DNA from: a plasmid
DNA: 48,288 bases
Sequence record: NZ_CP009216.1
Strand: one strand, 5' to 3'
In this document: positions 36,701 through 46,273 of the stretch, in pieces
Numbering within the stretch: the first letter of the stretch is position 1
Layout of the letters: each line of letters begins with the position of its first letter
Program-made: the position numbers and the translations under genes
Notes under the pieces: model-generated
Told to the model about the DNA's origin: nothing
Seen by the model: the letters and a program-made list of their open reading frames with translations, nothing else
The model's database searches: none

Positions 36701-37879
36701 ACGGCGTCCCTTGAGCAGCGAAGAGCGTACGCGAGCGCCTACTACTCCATGCAAAAGGCCGGCCTCGAGGGGCTCATGGAGCAAGCCACACGCACCAGCG
36801 CAGAACTGCAAGCGCTTGAGGCGCTGCGCTCCGCCGCCCAGTGGGAGCGCGAGAAGAACGTTCTAGCAATGCAGCTGGATTCGCTTGAAGCCACCTACAG
36901 TCAGCACGAGGCCGTGAAGCAGCTTGCCCGCCTGGGACGCGACTTCAACGACGAGGTGGCGCGGTACAACCGCCTTCAGTCCGGCGCTATGGGCATGCAG
37001 TCAGACGAGGCGATTATCAAAGCAGAGATTGCGCGCCTGCAAGCGGAGAACGCGCAAGCCCGCAAGGACATTAAGGACACGAACTTCCGGGCCTTCTGGG
37101 ACTTCACCAAGAATGGGCGCATCCTGGGTATCCAGTCGGAGGCGTCGCTGACGAACCAGGCCGCGAAGGCGACACTGGCCGCGAACGACGAGCTGCTGGC
37201 GGAGCTGAACAACCGGCTGGAAGCCCTCGGTAAGACAGTGGAGCCGCTGTCGAAGGAAGACCAGCGCATTATCGAGATGGCGGGCATGTTGCGCGCTAAG
37301 GGTGAGAACGAGCGCGCAGACCAGCTCATGCGCAGCACCTCATACGGCAAGGCTCGTGATGTGCAGCTGCTGGACGATATTGATTCGCGGTTGGCTGACA
37401 TTGCGAGGGAGCGTAAAGACACCTACGACGGGCTCGTGGACGCTATGGACGAGCGTGCCTACCAGGGTCAGCGTCTACCGCTCGACATGCAGCGCTACTA
37501 CGCGGAAGGGATGGAGGCGTCGTATCGGTCGGACGCAGAGGGTTACCGCGAGGCTGACGGGGCTACACGGGATGCCTGGTGGAACCTCGCTGATTGGCAG
37601 CGCGAGTACGCGGGCGCTGCTGCTGACATGTCCAACCGCAACCCGGATTCGATGATGATGGGGCTGAACGTCCAGAACGAGCGGGGCGCTGCGCGCAACC
37701 AGACGCTGATTCGCATGGACTTGACGCAAGGCGCGCTTATGTATTCGGACGATGTGGAGGCGGCGTTCAAGCGCCTCGCGTCCGAGATGGACGGGGTGAA
37801 GATTGACGTGCGACAGTTGCAGCGGGCTGGTGCGCCGACCGGCAAGACGGTGCAGCTGAAGCGCGCCGGCATTCGATAG
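30752..37879 (+). CDS. tape measure protein (2375 aa) with an embedded NlpC/P60-like peptidase domain
   Basis: Very long Ala/Gln/Glu-rich coiled coil. ATYVWGGGLLGNWGDCSG...GHTAGTIYG at about 34690-34940 matches the NlpC/P60 catalytic Cys/His signature. Confidence 0.9.
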   Translation: MATLDLGKLGFEIGVETSGLDKGLADAKRRVTDFEKQLDSAGKKKLAPVVDATQITKLDTSLGKVSQSASKLSSSRINPTADTAGLDRLQSAVQSAEKSSDELSKKKIRPDVDESGVDQGFKSIVGKAAGAAAAVGAAFSVIDFGRGVLQAGNEFQSQMNTLTAVSGASAQQLALVQAKARELGSATDLTATSASDAAAAMTELAKGGFTVDQAMSAAKGTLQLASAAQLDAAQAATIQSQALQAFGLGAEHAARVSDILAGAANASSAEMTGIAQGLQQAGTVSRQFGLTIEDTATALAMFANAGIQGSDAGTLLKTAMLALTDQGKPAQQAIEQLGLTVYDVNGKFVGMSSLMGQLQVASQNMTEEQYQAATATLFGSDAMRMAGIAAQQGSEGFDKLKEAVTRQGQAAEVAAAQTQGLPGALERWENTIEDLQLGVFDAMQDELVGLANAGVDMVNALQPAIEGVAKAAAGAAGDVLQFVTAVAQAPQSVKDVTVGLGEFAAILAVLNSSPAHTVFEKMSGGAKTAKGALSGVAEAAREASVQYGAQAMVLRDTAREQSVLAKTADTATARSNAFWAAHDARWAAGAATAKAHGAAIGGALQHIGGSAKAGLGSVVAMLGGPWMVGFAAAATAVTAFVSAGKAVDEANQRIEDSSRKAAEAQRELVLAASGTEGILSGDALSAAETMVEGALANITAKGEAANKVFGSVRTAIDEVGVGTFLLQGITSDATAEYQSALDAARGYGDQQKALSDALRDTGLTMDDVNRVVAEGGPEYDRLVESLRGMGPQGEAVADSLGQVRDEIERTAQAGRELPENYVQAARAIDLLADSATSAEDKLAAMDALMVAMGLRPKDAERAMLDFKESLDKTGQEIEMITRSSDFMGQAMFDASGKLQLEGANQATAELQKKIDGLATDLERAALKGADMDDAMANMEPTLQAIQQAWGLTDQQMEGIRDNLREIAGTSTFAVQLQGADEATQELSAILAMLKGAEEDQHEIRMDMPSEHVMAALDEMGVAVNDLGNGKVSIPVTAETREAIDQLQEVAWVADEAASKGVTIDALLNTDQLEGSAAHAQEILDILAIQNPSPEADVIIQKLLNGVDVSHGELAALAAVSSVPTADLEAKLLHAGVDGANRALGTIPKSTNTDLKGNANNVVKEAGRAKDSVNSVPSEKTVTFWARLRGAWDAIRGHFNGGVVGFHSGGLVPGFADGGFIPNIPGISDTERDPILGIDSTGVPVARIEPREYVVNRAATEKNLPLLHDINAGRVSMEDLPGYADGGVVSPAQLLAFAGGKTVNGKTAPRSLEGATYVWGGGLLGNWGDCSGAMSGLAAMAVGMPLQGRKFATGNEGSVLSSMGFSSGLGSGPRFAVGWFNGGPYGGHTAGTIYGADGTRVNVEMGGGRGNGQIGGRAAGADHSSFTNRAYLPLMGPGSGDITDPGSYGGGGGDVVNTSTDSVTMKKAGKTRKVDWGTASQLASDVEARNHKYKQLARYNAGLYDKGGILRDGQIAVNMSGHDEYVIPPALTNAIVTYLPQYAEALPGVTKALNDFTTLGNQVAGAGMNRAALTQVGWNTTLQARADLQNLPADASPFDRWAIYANRTAGEALMGAASMSNSQWIEAGEKLGLDFLGEYAGGIARAQEEIEDSYVAQVDAADALVEAEANLADAQRELNEVMEGAPELSKATARKVEDAERKVEEARKGGDAKKLADAERNLTRVREDAAEELEKNGAKDAQAILDARQAVTAAEADLTTAQGVVQAAAVATGQAQIAMAVEVASVVIKLTKKVAKVVKKVVEAERAARVGAAEAHAQIMANVRDLTEATEQQRRVVGGLMADMVRMKLQVLDSTWKVRQAQNSVWTAHLEGLVGIRKAEAALQAERDKLAGKQHYNFVGLDIEYDRLIGNIQSGLLDIEASEQDMLDMSTAAMVARIRGEQGLSDAYGDAMAQRLRTTKNLTKEEARLVSAVFAGRFAGYNDETASLEQRRAYASAYYSMQKAGLEGLMEQATRTSAELQALEALRSAAQWEREKNVLAMQLDSLEATYSQHEAVKQLARLGRDFNDEVARYNRLQSGAMGMQSDEAIIKAEIARLQAENAQARKDIKDTNFRAFWDFTKNGRILGIQSEASLTNQAAKATLAANDELLAELNNRLEALGKTVEPLSKEDQRIIEMAGMLRAKGENERADQLMRSTSYGKARDVQLLDDIDSRLADIARERKDTYDGLVDAMDERAYQGQRLPLDMQRYYAEGMEASYRSDAEGYREADGATRDAWWNLADWQREYAGAAADMSNRNPDSMMMGLNVQNERGAARNQTLIRMDLTQGALMYSDDVEAAFKRLASEMDGVKIDVRQLQRAGAPTGKTVQLKRAGIR

Positions 37880-37882
37880 GAG

Positions 37883-38644
37883 ATGAACATGGGGCGGAAC
37901 GCAACGATTGAGTTGTTCGACGTCAACGGCATGGCGTGGCGGTTGAATGACCCTACTTCCCCCGTGCGGATTGTCCGCGGGGGATTGGGCGAGCTGTCTT
38001 CCCGGGCGGTGGCGACTACGCGAGCCGGTGAGGTGGTGCGTGGCGGGTCGAAGCTCACCCCGGTCACGACTTCGCTCACGGTCGGGTTCTACCCCGCGCC
38101 GGGGGTTGATCTCGGGGAGGTGCGCCGCGCCTTCCGCGCTGGGTGGGCGAATGATGATTACTGCAGGCTGCAGGTGACCCCTAACGACGGGATGGCGGCA
38201 ACGGCGCGTCTTCGCCTACCGGATGATACCGGTCTGCCACCACGCGAAGTACTGACCCCTAACCTGTTCGACACGTTGCAAGTGCCGGTGTACTGGGATG
38301 ACGGGTGCTGGCTGTCCTACATGGTGGGGGAGGGTCGAACCGAGGTACGCAACACCGGTGTGTCGCGGGTGAAGGTGTGGATTCGGTGGCAGCAGGGCGG
38401 GACGGTCACGCTCCCCTCCAGGCGGACGTTTGAGCTGCCGACGGTGCCGGAACCGCGCCGGGTTCTGCTCGACCGGGCTAAGGGCTTCCCGGTTACGACG
38501 GTGGCCGGCGAGCCTGACCGCGAGCTGACTAGGGAACTATGGGGGCAAGTTGTTGAGGAGCGAATCATGCCGCGGAGCAGCGGCGTGTTCACCCCGCCGC
38601 CTGGTGGACGGGTTGAGTGGGAGATAGGAGTGCGGGAGCCCTAA
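37883..38644 (+). CDS. minor tail protein (distal tail/Dit-like by position)
   Basis: The first gene after the tape measure gene. Confidence 0.55.
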   Translation: MNMGRNATIELFDVNGMAWRLNDPTSPVRIVRGGLGELSSRAVATTRAGEVVRGGSKLTPVTTSLTVGFYPAPGVDLGEVRRAFRAGWANDDYCRLQVTPNDGMAATARLRLPDDTGLPPREVLTPNLFDTLQVPVYWDDGCWLSYMVGEGRTEVRNTGVSRVKVWIRWQQGGTVTLPSRRTFELPTVPEPRRVLLDRAKGFPVTTVAGEPDRELTRELWGQVVEERIMPRSSGVFTPPPGGRVEWEIGVREP

Positions 38645-39558
38645 TGCTGACCGAGACACAGTGGCGCGAGGAGCGCGCCCACATCGACCGGGTGGTGGAA
38701 ACCGACGGCGAGTGGGTAGGCATCCTCGACGGAGAGGGGGAGCCACTGTGGGAGCTGGAAGCGTTTGAGTACGACGTTTCTACCCGTAACCTCGATGTGA
38801 CCGAGGGGACGCTGACGGTGCCGGTCGTGACCGGCGACGGCACATTCCACCCCCTCGTAACCGCGTTCTTCGGCGCAGGGTTCGGAACCGACGCGGGGGC
38901 GATTCTGCAGCCCGGGGAGAACCTCGGGTACATGCTGTGCGTGCAGAAGCCAGGTGGGATTGAGGGGCGCATGGTGTCCACCATCTCGTACCCGACACTG
39001 GAACCCGGGCCTGACGGTGAACCGGCGACGCTGACGTTCGAGACGATGGAACTGCTGGGGGAGCTGAACTTCGTTCTCGCCGCGTCTATCCCCGACACGT
39101 GGGGGGCGCAACCATTCGAACGGTGGGACGCCGACCAGGGCGGGGTGTACAAAGTGGCGCGGGAGCTTTCGCCCGTCGAGATTGCCACCACCTCGTGGGT
39201 GCTAACAACCGCACCAAAACAGCAAGGTTCCATTGATGTTCGGCATGTCGTGTCCGGGCCCGCGGTGCAGCGCATATCTGAAGTGATTCAGGACAGCCTC
39301 GACGCAGCCGACCGGCTGGACGGCACGCTGGAAGACCCAGCGTTCGTCGTATCACCGGGGGAGGGCGATTCCCCGGTGGTGCGTATTGCACGGCGCGATG
39401 ACCCAGTGTGGGGGACGGTAGCCGAGACGGCGCGACTGGCGGGCGTCGAGCTGTCGGCGCGGCTGTGGTGGCCCGGCGACGCCCCGGTGCCGACGCTGAA
39501 AGGGGAGCAGCAGTGGCAGAAGGCAATGGGCGTGATTCGAGTGAAGGCGGAGAGCTAA
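38645..39558 (+). CDS. minor tail protein
   Basis: TAATG overlap. In-frame part of track ORF 38617..39558. Confidence 0.55.
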
Positions 39559-41124
39559 ATGGTGAACCTTGTCGGCAAGGTGCCCCCGCTTGAGGCGTCT
39601 GGCGCGGAGGTGACGCTGGTACACCCGACGGCGACCACGGTGGTCGGCCAGTGGGACGTGACATATCCGCAGGACATGCCGGAGGAGCAGCGCCCCGACC
39701 TGGGGCCGACGCGAACCTTCGGCTACGCACATCGCCTGGTGAAGCAACCCCCGCGATTCGCCCGGCGTCATGTACGGCGGGATATCCAGATTGACGCCCG
39801 CGACAAGAACGGGTGGTCGGACGCTGAATCGCAGATTGATTCCGCGGCTCGCGAGCTGTCCGGGGACGTAGTGTTCCAGCGCACTCTCACGGACGATGAG
39901 CTAGGGGCTCTGGTGCCGAATGTCGATTTCGCGCAAGGTGACGTACTCCCGCTTCTGGTGTGGGGCATGGTAGTGCCGGCCACGTGCACCAGTATTCGCT
40001 ACTCTCTGCAAGACGGGGTGCGTACGGCGGAGGTCGGGTTCGGCCCGGCGCTGATGTCTGACACTACCGACCTGGCGGAGAGTATGCGTCAGATTGACCG
40101 CCAGATGAGGGCGGAGGCCGCGGGCATTGACGAACAGCTAGCAAGCCAGCTGGACGAGGCTAAGTCGCACGCTAACGCCGTCGTGGCGGTGGAGCGTTCG
40201 GAGCGTGTGGCTGATGTGGCGCAGGTGCGTGAGGTGCTGGGTGGCGCGCAGGCTGATGAGGGGGATTTGCTGGCGCAGTTGGCGGCGGTGCAGTCGCAGA
40301 TCACCGGGATGGTGGGGGATGGTGAGACCCCTCCACCCCCTGGCTTGCTGAACTCGTATCTGTGGATGAATACCCAGCTGTGGGAGGCGCAGCGTGAGAT
40401 TGACGAGGCTCAGGACCAGCTGGCGGAGCAGCAGAATGCCCGCCAGAATGAGCAGGGCGCGATTATGGACGCGATGCAGGCGCAGCTGGGTCGCATGGGG
40501 GATAGGGCGTGGCAGGTCGGCACTGATGGTGATGGCGTGTGGCGCGTCGACGGGAGCACGGTGCAGGCGCTGGGTTCGTGGGTCGGTACGGCGGTGCTGG
40601 ACGTGACACACACGAGGCGCAGCGGCAACACTGATGTCACGGTGACCACGTATCCGAGGGAGGTGCGTCGGGTGGATGTGGGCACCACCCGCAGCTGGAA
40701 AATGGCCAGCGACGTGCACGCCGCCGTCTTCCACTACCAGCGCGCTGACGGCTCATTGACCCGCCTTGACCAGCGACTGCCGCGATTCGTGGCGGGCACA
40801 TGGTGGACACCAGTGCGCACCGTCACGGTGGAGAAGGACCGCCTGGTCTCGATGGAGCTGCGTGTGGATTGGGCTGCTGCGGATCGCGGGTCACTCTATG
40901 GGGTGCGTATCACGGTCGACGGGCAGACGGTGGCGGAGGAATCGTCCACGAGTGTCGGGCCGCTGAGCTTTCTGGGTAGTGGTGCCAGGTCGCAGTCCGT
41001 GTCGCGGAATATCGATGTTAAGGCTGGTCAGACGGTGCGTTTTGAGGCGCGGTGTAATCACTCGGGCGAAGTGCAGCGTACGGCGTCGGGTGGCAATACT
41101 CGCCTGTGGTGGATGGAAAGCTAG
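39559..41124 (+). CDS. minor tail protein (521 aa) with a central coiled coil
   Basis: ORF track entry. Position in the tail module. Confidence 0.55.
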   Translation: MVNLVGKVPPLEASGAEVTLVHPTATTVVGQWDVTYPQDMPEEQRPDLGPTRTFGYAHRLVKQPPRFARRHVRRDIQIDARDKNGWSDAESQIDSAARELSGDVVFQRTLTDDELGALVPNVDFAQGDVLPLLVWGMVVPATCTSIRYSLQDGVRTAEVGFGPALMSDTTDLAESMRQIDRQMRAEAAGIDEQLASQLDEAKSHANAVVAVERSERVADVAQVREVLGGAQADEGDLLAQLAAVQSQITGMVGDGETPPPPGLLNSYLWMNTQLWEAQREIDEAQDQLAEQQNARQNEQGAIMDAMQAQLGRMGDRAWQVGTDGDGVWRVDGSTVQALGSWVGTAVLDVTHTRRSGNTDVTVTTYPREVRRVDVGTTRSWKMASDVHAAVFHYQRADGSLTRLDQRLPRFVAGTWWTPVRTVTVEKDRLVSMELRVDWAAADRGSLYGVRITVDGQTVAEESSTSVGPLSFLGSGARSQSVSRNIDVKAGQTVRFEARCNHSGEVQRTASGGNTRLWWMES

Positions 41125-41135
41125 GAGGAAAAAGA

Positions 41136-43352
41136 ATGGTTCGTGTTTCTGGCCCGTTGCGGGTTGTGACGGATAGGCCGCTGCTGGTCAGCCAGGTGCG
41201 GGTGCGTGCTGCGCGTGACCGTGCGGAGCAGGGTGGCCTGACTACCTCGTTTGACGATTCAGTACCCGTCGATGGCGGGCAGCTGGACATGGTGGTGCTT
41301 CCTGGGCCTGCGGTGATGATGCTTGAGGTCACGGGCGGCTTCTCCCATGCGGTGAAGCTAGTCGTGCCGGACGTGGCGGAGGCGACACTTGAGCAGTGTG
41401 TGGTCGCTGCCCAGGTGGCGGGCGATACTGACCGGCGTGTGTTGGAGCGTCTTGCGGGTGAGGTGGCGCGTGACGTGGCTGCCGTGTCGGACGCGGCGGC
41501 CAGGGCTGAAGCCTCCGCAGGCAAGGCCGCCGCCTCCGAGCAGGAAGCGACTCGGCAGGCTGAAGTAGCGACGGCGGGCGCTAACCGTGTGGGGTCGGCG
41601 GAGCGCGTCTTGGAGGCGGAAGCGGCGGCGGTTGGTGCTGCCACGTCGGCGGCCGAGGACGCTGAGGCTGTGGAGGCGTCTCGGGCTGCGGTTGCTCAGC
41701 TTTCGCAGCAGGCGGAGCAGTCGAGCGTTGCTGCGGCGGATTCGGCGAGAAAGGCGTTCGATTCGCAGACTGTAGCCGATGAGAAGGCTTCCGCTGTCTC
41801 CCGCACGCTGTCTGAGTTCTCCGCTGGTCTGGACCGCAATCAGTCGCTCTATGAGTCGCTGCAGGACGCGCTGGCCACCACGGAGGCGTTCAGGAGCAAT
41901 CAGGCGTTTTTGGAGGAGGTCAAGACCCTTCTCGCGGAGGGTGACGCCGCAACCATTGAGAAGATCACTGGCGCAGCCCCGGAAGCCTTGGACACTTTGG
42001 GTGAGCTTGCGGCTGCTCTTGAGTCCGGCGACGAGGCTTTGCGCACGCTGATCGAGTCGAAGACCTCTCGTCTGCGTGGCCTGCCGGAGCCTATGGCGAA
42101 GCAGGTGGACGTGGCTGCGCTCGTCGGGGAGAATCGCGCCGGATTGGCGGAGGGCCACACGTACAGTGACCCATCTACGGAGCAGGTGATGGGTATGGTG
42201 TCGGCGGCGATGGCGTTGGCGCGGGGCGTGAAGCCTGCGAGCCTGCCGGACGGGGCGGAGGTCATCGAGGGGTATTCGGCTGCGGCGAAGCGAAACGTGC
42301 GTGTCCTCCGGAGCACGCCTGGCAACGGCCTGTATTGGGGGATGTGGGTATTCCCCGTGGACAGTGTGGTGTCGGGTGTTGTGGAGGCCCCGCACCCTGT
42401 TTTTGACGGTGGCTCCGATGACATTGCTGTGCAGGTGTGGCAGCGCTCCCCTGCGGGGACGGTACTAGCGGTGGCTGGGTCGCACCGCACAAACCCGGAC
42501 GGTACTGACCCTAGGGATGCTGCCCACAATACGAAGTCGATGTGGCACAAGGTGACCACGAAGATTGCGCAGCCGGGGCAGCCGGAGCTGCAACTGCATG
42601 GTTTTGGTGATGCTTCGATGCCTGGTGTGGGGGCGGTGGTGTCGTCCGGGTCGTCCCCGCTGTCGGCGGGCGTGATCCGCACGGAGGCCTTCATCGCATC
42701 CGCTGGTATCACGACGGCACGCCAGTGGGACGGGTCAGCCACGAAGCTCATCGGCATGGCGAACATTCAAGGTGACGTTGCGGCGCAACGCGGAAACCCA
42801 TTCCTGCACATTGAGCTGGCGAAGACGGTACGTGACAACCCGCAGAAGCTGGTGGACGCGATTGTTGGAGCGGGCTTTCTAACAGGGGAGAATGCGGCGC
42901 TGCTCACAAACGAGTACCCAAAGCCAGTAGGCTCCGCTAACTCCCGTGGCTCGTCGATGACGGCGGCGCGGGCTGACCACACGCACCGACTGGTGCAGAA
43001 TGACCCTGCTGACGGTGAGGTTGTGGTGCGTCAGGATGGTGGGTGGCGGTCGGTGCCTACGTCACAGATTGCTCCGCCGATTCCGCAGAGTGTGTTGGAC
43101 GCTACTGCCCAGGTCGAGGCTGCTACTTATAGTGCGACTGCTGGCACCATCATGAGGCGCACGTCGAAGGGAGCTGTGTCGGTTGCTGATCCGACTGCGG
43201 GGGTGCATGCAGCGAACAAGAACTATGTGGACGCCACTGTGCAGCAGGGGTTGGACACGGTGGTGCGGGAGGCGCGGGCGTACACGGACGCGCTGATTGT
43301 GGAGGGTGACACCGGCGCGGCGGACGGCAAACTGCACATCGTCTACGAATAG
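41136..43352 (+). CDS. minor tail protein / tail fibre (738 aa) with an Ala-rich coiled coil and a C-terminal globular domain
   Basis: AGGAGGAAAAAGAATG RBS. Track ORF 41106 extends upstream. Confidence 0.55.
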   Translation: MVRVSGPLRVVTDRPLLVSQVRVRAARDRAEQGGLTTSFDDSVPVDGGQLDMVVLPGPAVMMLEVTGGFSHAVKLVVPDVAEATLEQCVVAAQVAGDTDRRVLERLAGEVARDVAAVSDAAARAEASAGKAAASEQEATRQAEVATAGANRVGSAERVLEAEAAAVGAATSAAEDAEAVEASRAAVAQLSQQAEQSSVAAADSARKAFDSQTVADEKASAVSRTLSEFSAGLDRNQSLYESLQDALATTEAFRSNQAFLEEVKTLLAEGDAATIEKITGAAPEALDTLGELAAALESGDEALRTLIESKTSRLRGLPEPMAKQVDVAALVGENRAGLAEGHTYSDPSTEQVMGMVSAAMALARGVKPASLPDGAEVIEGYSAAAKRNVRVLRSTPGNGLYWGMWVFPVDSVVSGVVEAPHPVFDGGSDDIAVQVWQRSPAGTVLAVAGSHRTNPDGTDPRDAAHNTKSMWHKVTTKIAQPGQPELQLHGFGDASMPGVGAVVSSGSSPLSAGVIRTEAFIASAGITTARQWDGSATKLIGMANIQGDVAAQRGNPFLHIELAKTVRDNPQKLVDAIVGAGFLTGENAALLTNEYPKPVGSANSRGSSMTAARADHTHRLVQNDPADGEVVVRQDGGWRSVPTSQIAPPIPQSVLDATAQVEAATYSATAGTIMRRTSKGAVSVADPTAGVHAANKNYVDATVQQGLDTVVREARAYTDALIVEGDTGAADGKLHIVYE

Positions 43353-43360
43353 GAGCGGGC

Positions 43361-44425
43361 ATGCCTATTTATCATCAGGGCCGGAAGGTCAAAGACGTGT
43401 TCCACCAGGGCCGGAAGGTGAAAGAAATCTGGCACATGGGGCGGCTCATCTACGCCGCGTCGCGGATACGTGGGTTCGAGGGCTTCATCGACCAGATGGA
43501 CTTCCGAATGGCAGCCGCGTCCTTGACTGCGACTACCGCGACAGTACCCGTCCGCAGCAGCAAGCGAAGCGAGTTGCACATGGTGGCGGGGAGCGACTCC
43601 GCCCTTACCGTGACGCAGGGTGGTAGGCGCGCCCTCCGCATGGAGGTGCGGGGCGGAATGGTCTACGCGGAATCCACGTCTCCGAGTGGCCAAAGAGTCA
43701 TTCTAAGCGCGCCGTGGACAGGCGGCATGCACGCAGTAGCGCTTTTGACGGATTTGGACGGACTGACCTCATATAAAGTCACGCTACTGATCGATGGTGT
43801 GCAGGTCGCTACTACCGTCAACAGCGGCGGCATATTCAACAGCCAGGATGTTTTTACGCCTGGTTATGCGTCAGTCGCCGCCACGAACACCGCCGCGTGG
43901 GGCTTCAGAGGGGGCCAAGCCGATAGCCCTGATTGGATTGCGGAGACGCTTCGTCCCGGCTTCGTGTCGTGGCGCACCGTGTCACCCAGCATTCAGCTGT
44001 TGGTGCCTGGGGGTGAGGTTTCGGCGTGGGCCTATAGCGGCGGCCAGGGCGGCCAGGGCGGCGGCACTGACCGTGCGGGCAAGAAGGGTGCACCCGGAAA
44101 CGGTGCGCCGGTGTCGGGGTTCACTCTCGACATGCTCCCCAACGTCACTGTAGGAGAAGGCGGCAAGAGAGGTCGGGGGAGCTCGATTTCGAGTTCCGGC
44201 AACGTGGGTGTCCCCGGCGGTCCCACAACTATCGGCGGCTGGTTCACCACAGCCACAGCCACTACACGCCCCACTCCCCAAGCATGGGGTAGCACATACA
44301 CCGGCACCATCCCCGGAGAAGGTGGTGCAGGAGGTAGCTCAGGCAATAAGACCGCTAGTGGCTATGGGGGTGACGGGTCTTCCGGCGAACCGGGTGGCCT
44401 CGTCATCGCCCGACGCTGGCCATAA
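43361..44425 (+). CDS. glycine-rich minor tail protein
   Basis: N-terminal triple repeat (Y/F)HQGRKVK, and a Gly-rich C-terminus (GGQGGQGGG, GEGGAGGSSG). Confidence 0.55.
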   Translation: MPIYHQGRKVKDVFHQGRKVKEIWHMGRLIYAASRIRGFEGFIDQMDFRMAAASLTATTATVPVRSSKRSELHMVAGSDSALTVTQGGRRALRMEVRGGMVYAESTSPSGQRVILSAPWTGGMHAVALLTDLDGLTSYKVTLLIDGVQVATTVNSGGIFNSQDVFTPGYASVAATNTAAWGFRGGQADSPDWIAETLRPGFVSWRTVSPSIQLLVPGGEVSAWAYSGGQGGQGGGTDRAGKKGAPGNGAPVSGFTLDMLPNVTVGEGGKRGRGSSISSSGNVGVPGGPTTIGGWFTTATATTRPTPQAWGSTYTGTIPGEGGAGGSSGNKTASGYGGDGSSGEPGGLVIARRWP

Positions 44426-44437
44426 CACCCCACTAAC

Positions 44438-44472
44438 ACACAACCCCTGACCGCACACGCGGCAGGGGTTCA
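44438..44472 (+). terminator. hairpin AACCCCTG-...-CAGGGGTT after the tail genes
   Basis: An 8-bp stem, followed by the AAAAGGAGGA RBS of the lysin gene. Confidence 0.3.
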
Positions 44473-44495
44473 CTCATACCCAAAAGGAGGACACA

Positions 44496-45905
44496 ATGAG
44501 TTACCGCAGTTGGCCCCTACCGCGCAACAAAATCCGCATCACGTCGCGGTTCGCTGGCCGCACAAACCCCGTCACCGGCAGGCCGGAGAGCCACTCCGGC
44601 ACCGACTTCGCAGCCCCGGACGGCACACCGTTCTACGCCGTCGCGGACGGCACCGTGCAGTACATCGGTAAGGCGTCCGGCTACGGGCAGTGGATCGTCA
44701 TCGACCACCCCGCCGAGGTTGGCGGAGGGTGCTCCGAGTACGGCCACATGTGGAACGCCTCCGCCACCGGGCTGAAGGCGGGCGACCGAGTGAAGAAAGG
44801 CCAGCTGCTCGGTTACGTCGGCTCGAACGGTCAATCCACGGGCCCGCACCTACACCTCACCATCTACGAGCGCGGCTACCGCTCGAAACGCGTCGACCCC
44901 GAAACCTGGCTAGCCGGAGCAGACTACCCAGGCGAAGCACCCGCCAAACCCTGGACGCCACCAGCGGTGCCGGGCACCATCTTCGGTATCGACATCTCGA
45001 GCTGGCAGAAGAATTATCCGCTGTCGAAGGTCAAGGCGGACGGCATGGAGTTCGTCATCATCCGCTTGTGCGACGGCACCTACCAAGACCCGCTGTTCCA
45101 GTCGCACCTTGAGGACGCGGAGAAGCAGGGTCTGCTGGTGTCCACCTACTGGTACCTACGCGCACCCTCCGAAGGCACCACCATTGCCCAGCAGGTGGAC
45201 GTCATCGACAAGCAGATGAACGGGCGGCGTGACCTCGGCGTGTGGATTGACGTCGAATCCGTCGACAAGCAAGGCCGCGCCCTGCTCACCAAGGACGATG
45301 TGTGGGCGGCGAAGCGCGAACTCGAAGCCCGCGGCTACCACGTGCCCGGAATCTACTCCGGCGCGTGGTACTGGGAAAAAATGCCCGGCGGCGAACCGCC
45401 CATGCACGGGCTCGGCCACCTGTGGGTGTCCAACTACGGCAAGAACCGCAAGGGTGACCCGCGGGAGACGTACCTTGCCGACGGTGGGGCGAACCACCGC
45501 GGCTGGACGTACCCACTCGGCGACCGCAAGCCGGACATTCTGCAGTTCGGCTCCGAAGGTGTCGTGGGCGACCACTACCCGGTCGACGTGAACGCCTACC
45601 GCGGCACCCGAGATGAACTCGCCCGAATCTTTAACCCGAACAACACCAAGGAGGAACCCATGACCACCTCCTACCCGTGGCCGGACAGCCCCGCCGCACT
45701 CAACGACGCGAAAACTGCCGCCCAGGCCGCAGCCCGCGACGCTGCGGACATCCGCGAGCAGCTGCGTGGACGCGGAGACGCGGGCTGGGAACAGCTCGGC
45801 CAAAACCAGAACGGCCAGAACCTCACACTCGTGGACGCGGTAGCTGCACTACGCCACGACGTGGCGGAATTGTCCCGCAAAATCGACCAGATCGGAGCCA
45901 AGTAA
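44496..45905 (+). CDS. endolysin: M23 peptidase domain + GH25 muramidase domain
   Basis: N-terminal HSGTDFAAPDGTPFYAVADGTV...GPHLHLTIY (M23). Central GIDISSWQKNY...DGMEFVIIR (GH25). Confidence 0.85.
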   Translation: MSYRSWPLPRNKIRITSRFAGRTNPVTGRPESHSGTDFAAPDGTPFYAVADGTVQYIGKASGYGQWIVIDHPAEVGGGCSEYGHMWNASATGLKAGDRVKKGQLLGYVGSNGQSTGPHLHLTIYERGYRSKRVDPETWLAGADYPGEAPAKPWTPPAVPGTIFGIDISSWQKNYPLSKVKADGMEFVIIRLCDGTYQDPLFQSHLEDAEKQGLLVSTYWYLRAPSEGTTIAQQVDVIDKQMNGRRDLGVWIDVESVDKQGRALLTKDDVWAAKRELEARGYHVPGIYSGAWYWEKMPGGEPPMHGLGHLWVSNYGKNRKGDPRETYLADGGANHRGWTYPLGDRKPDILQFGSEGVVGDHYPVDVNAYRGTRDELARIFNPNNTKEEPMTTSYPWPDSPAALNDAKTAAQAAARDAADIREQLRGRGDAGWEQLGQNQNGQNLTLVDAVAALRHDVAELSRKIDQIGAK

Positions 45906-46273
45906 TGAACACGAACATCTTGGAACGCGCCGTCAAGGGCGTGCGCAGCAAGCAGTCCTCACTCGCATTGCGTAAGGAGTCCCTGTCCGCCCTCGCTGCG
46001 CTTCTGGCGTGGATGGTCACGCTCATTGCGGAGAATGCTGACACTATCCCGGCTGCGGCTGGCAGTGTGGGCCAGGTGGTGGCGGTTGCGGCGTCGGCGT
46101 TGGCGTTTGGTATCGCCCGTTTCACTGTTCCGGCGTTGACGGTTGGGCAGCAGCAGCAGATCATTGCGGAGGCGGAGCGTATTGAGCGTGCCGATTCGGA
46201 GGCTGCGGAGCCGGTGACGCTGCCGGTCTACACTGGCCCGACTGTGAACGGGGGGAAGCACCGTGCCGATTGA
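45905..46273 (+). CDS. holin-like membrane protein (122 aa)
   Basis: TAATG overlap with the lysin gene. It has 1-2 predicted TM segments. Confidence 0.5.
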   Translation: MNTNILERAVKGVRSKQSSLALRKESLSALAALLAWMVTLIAENADTIPAAAGSVGQVVAVAASALAFGIARFTVPALTVGQQQQIIAEAERIERADSEAAEPVTLPVYTGPTVNGGKHRAD

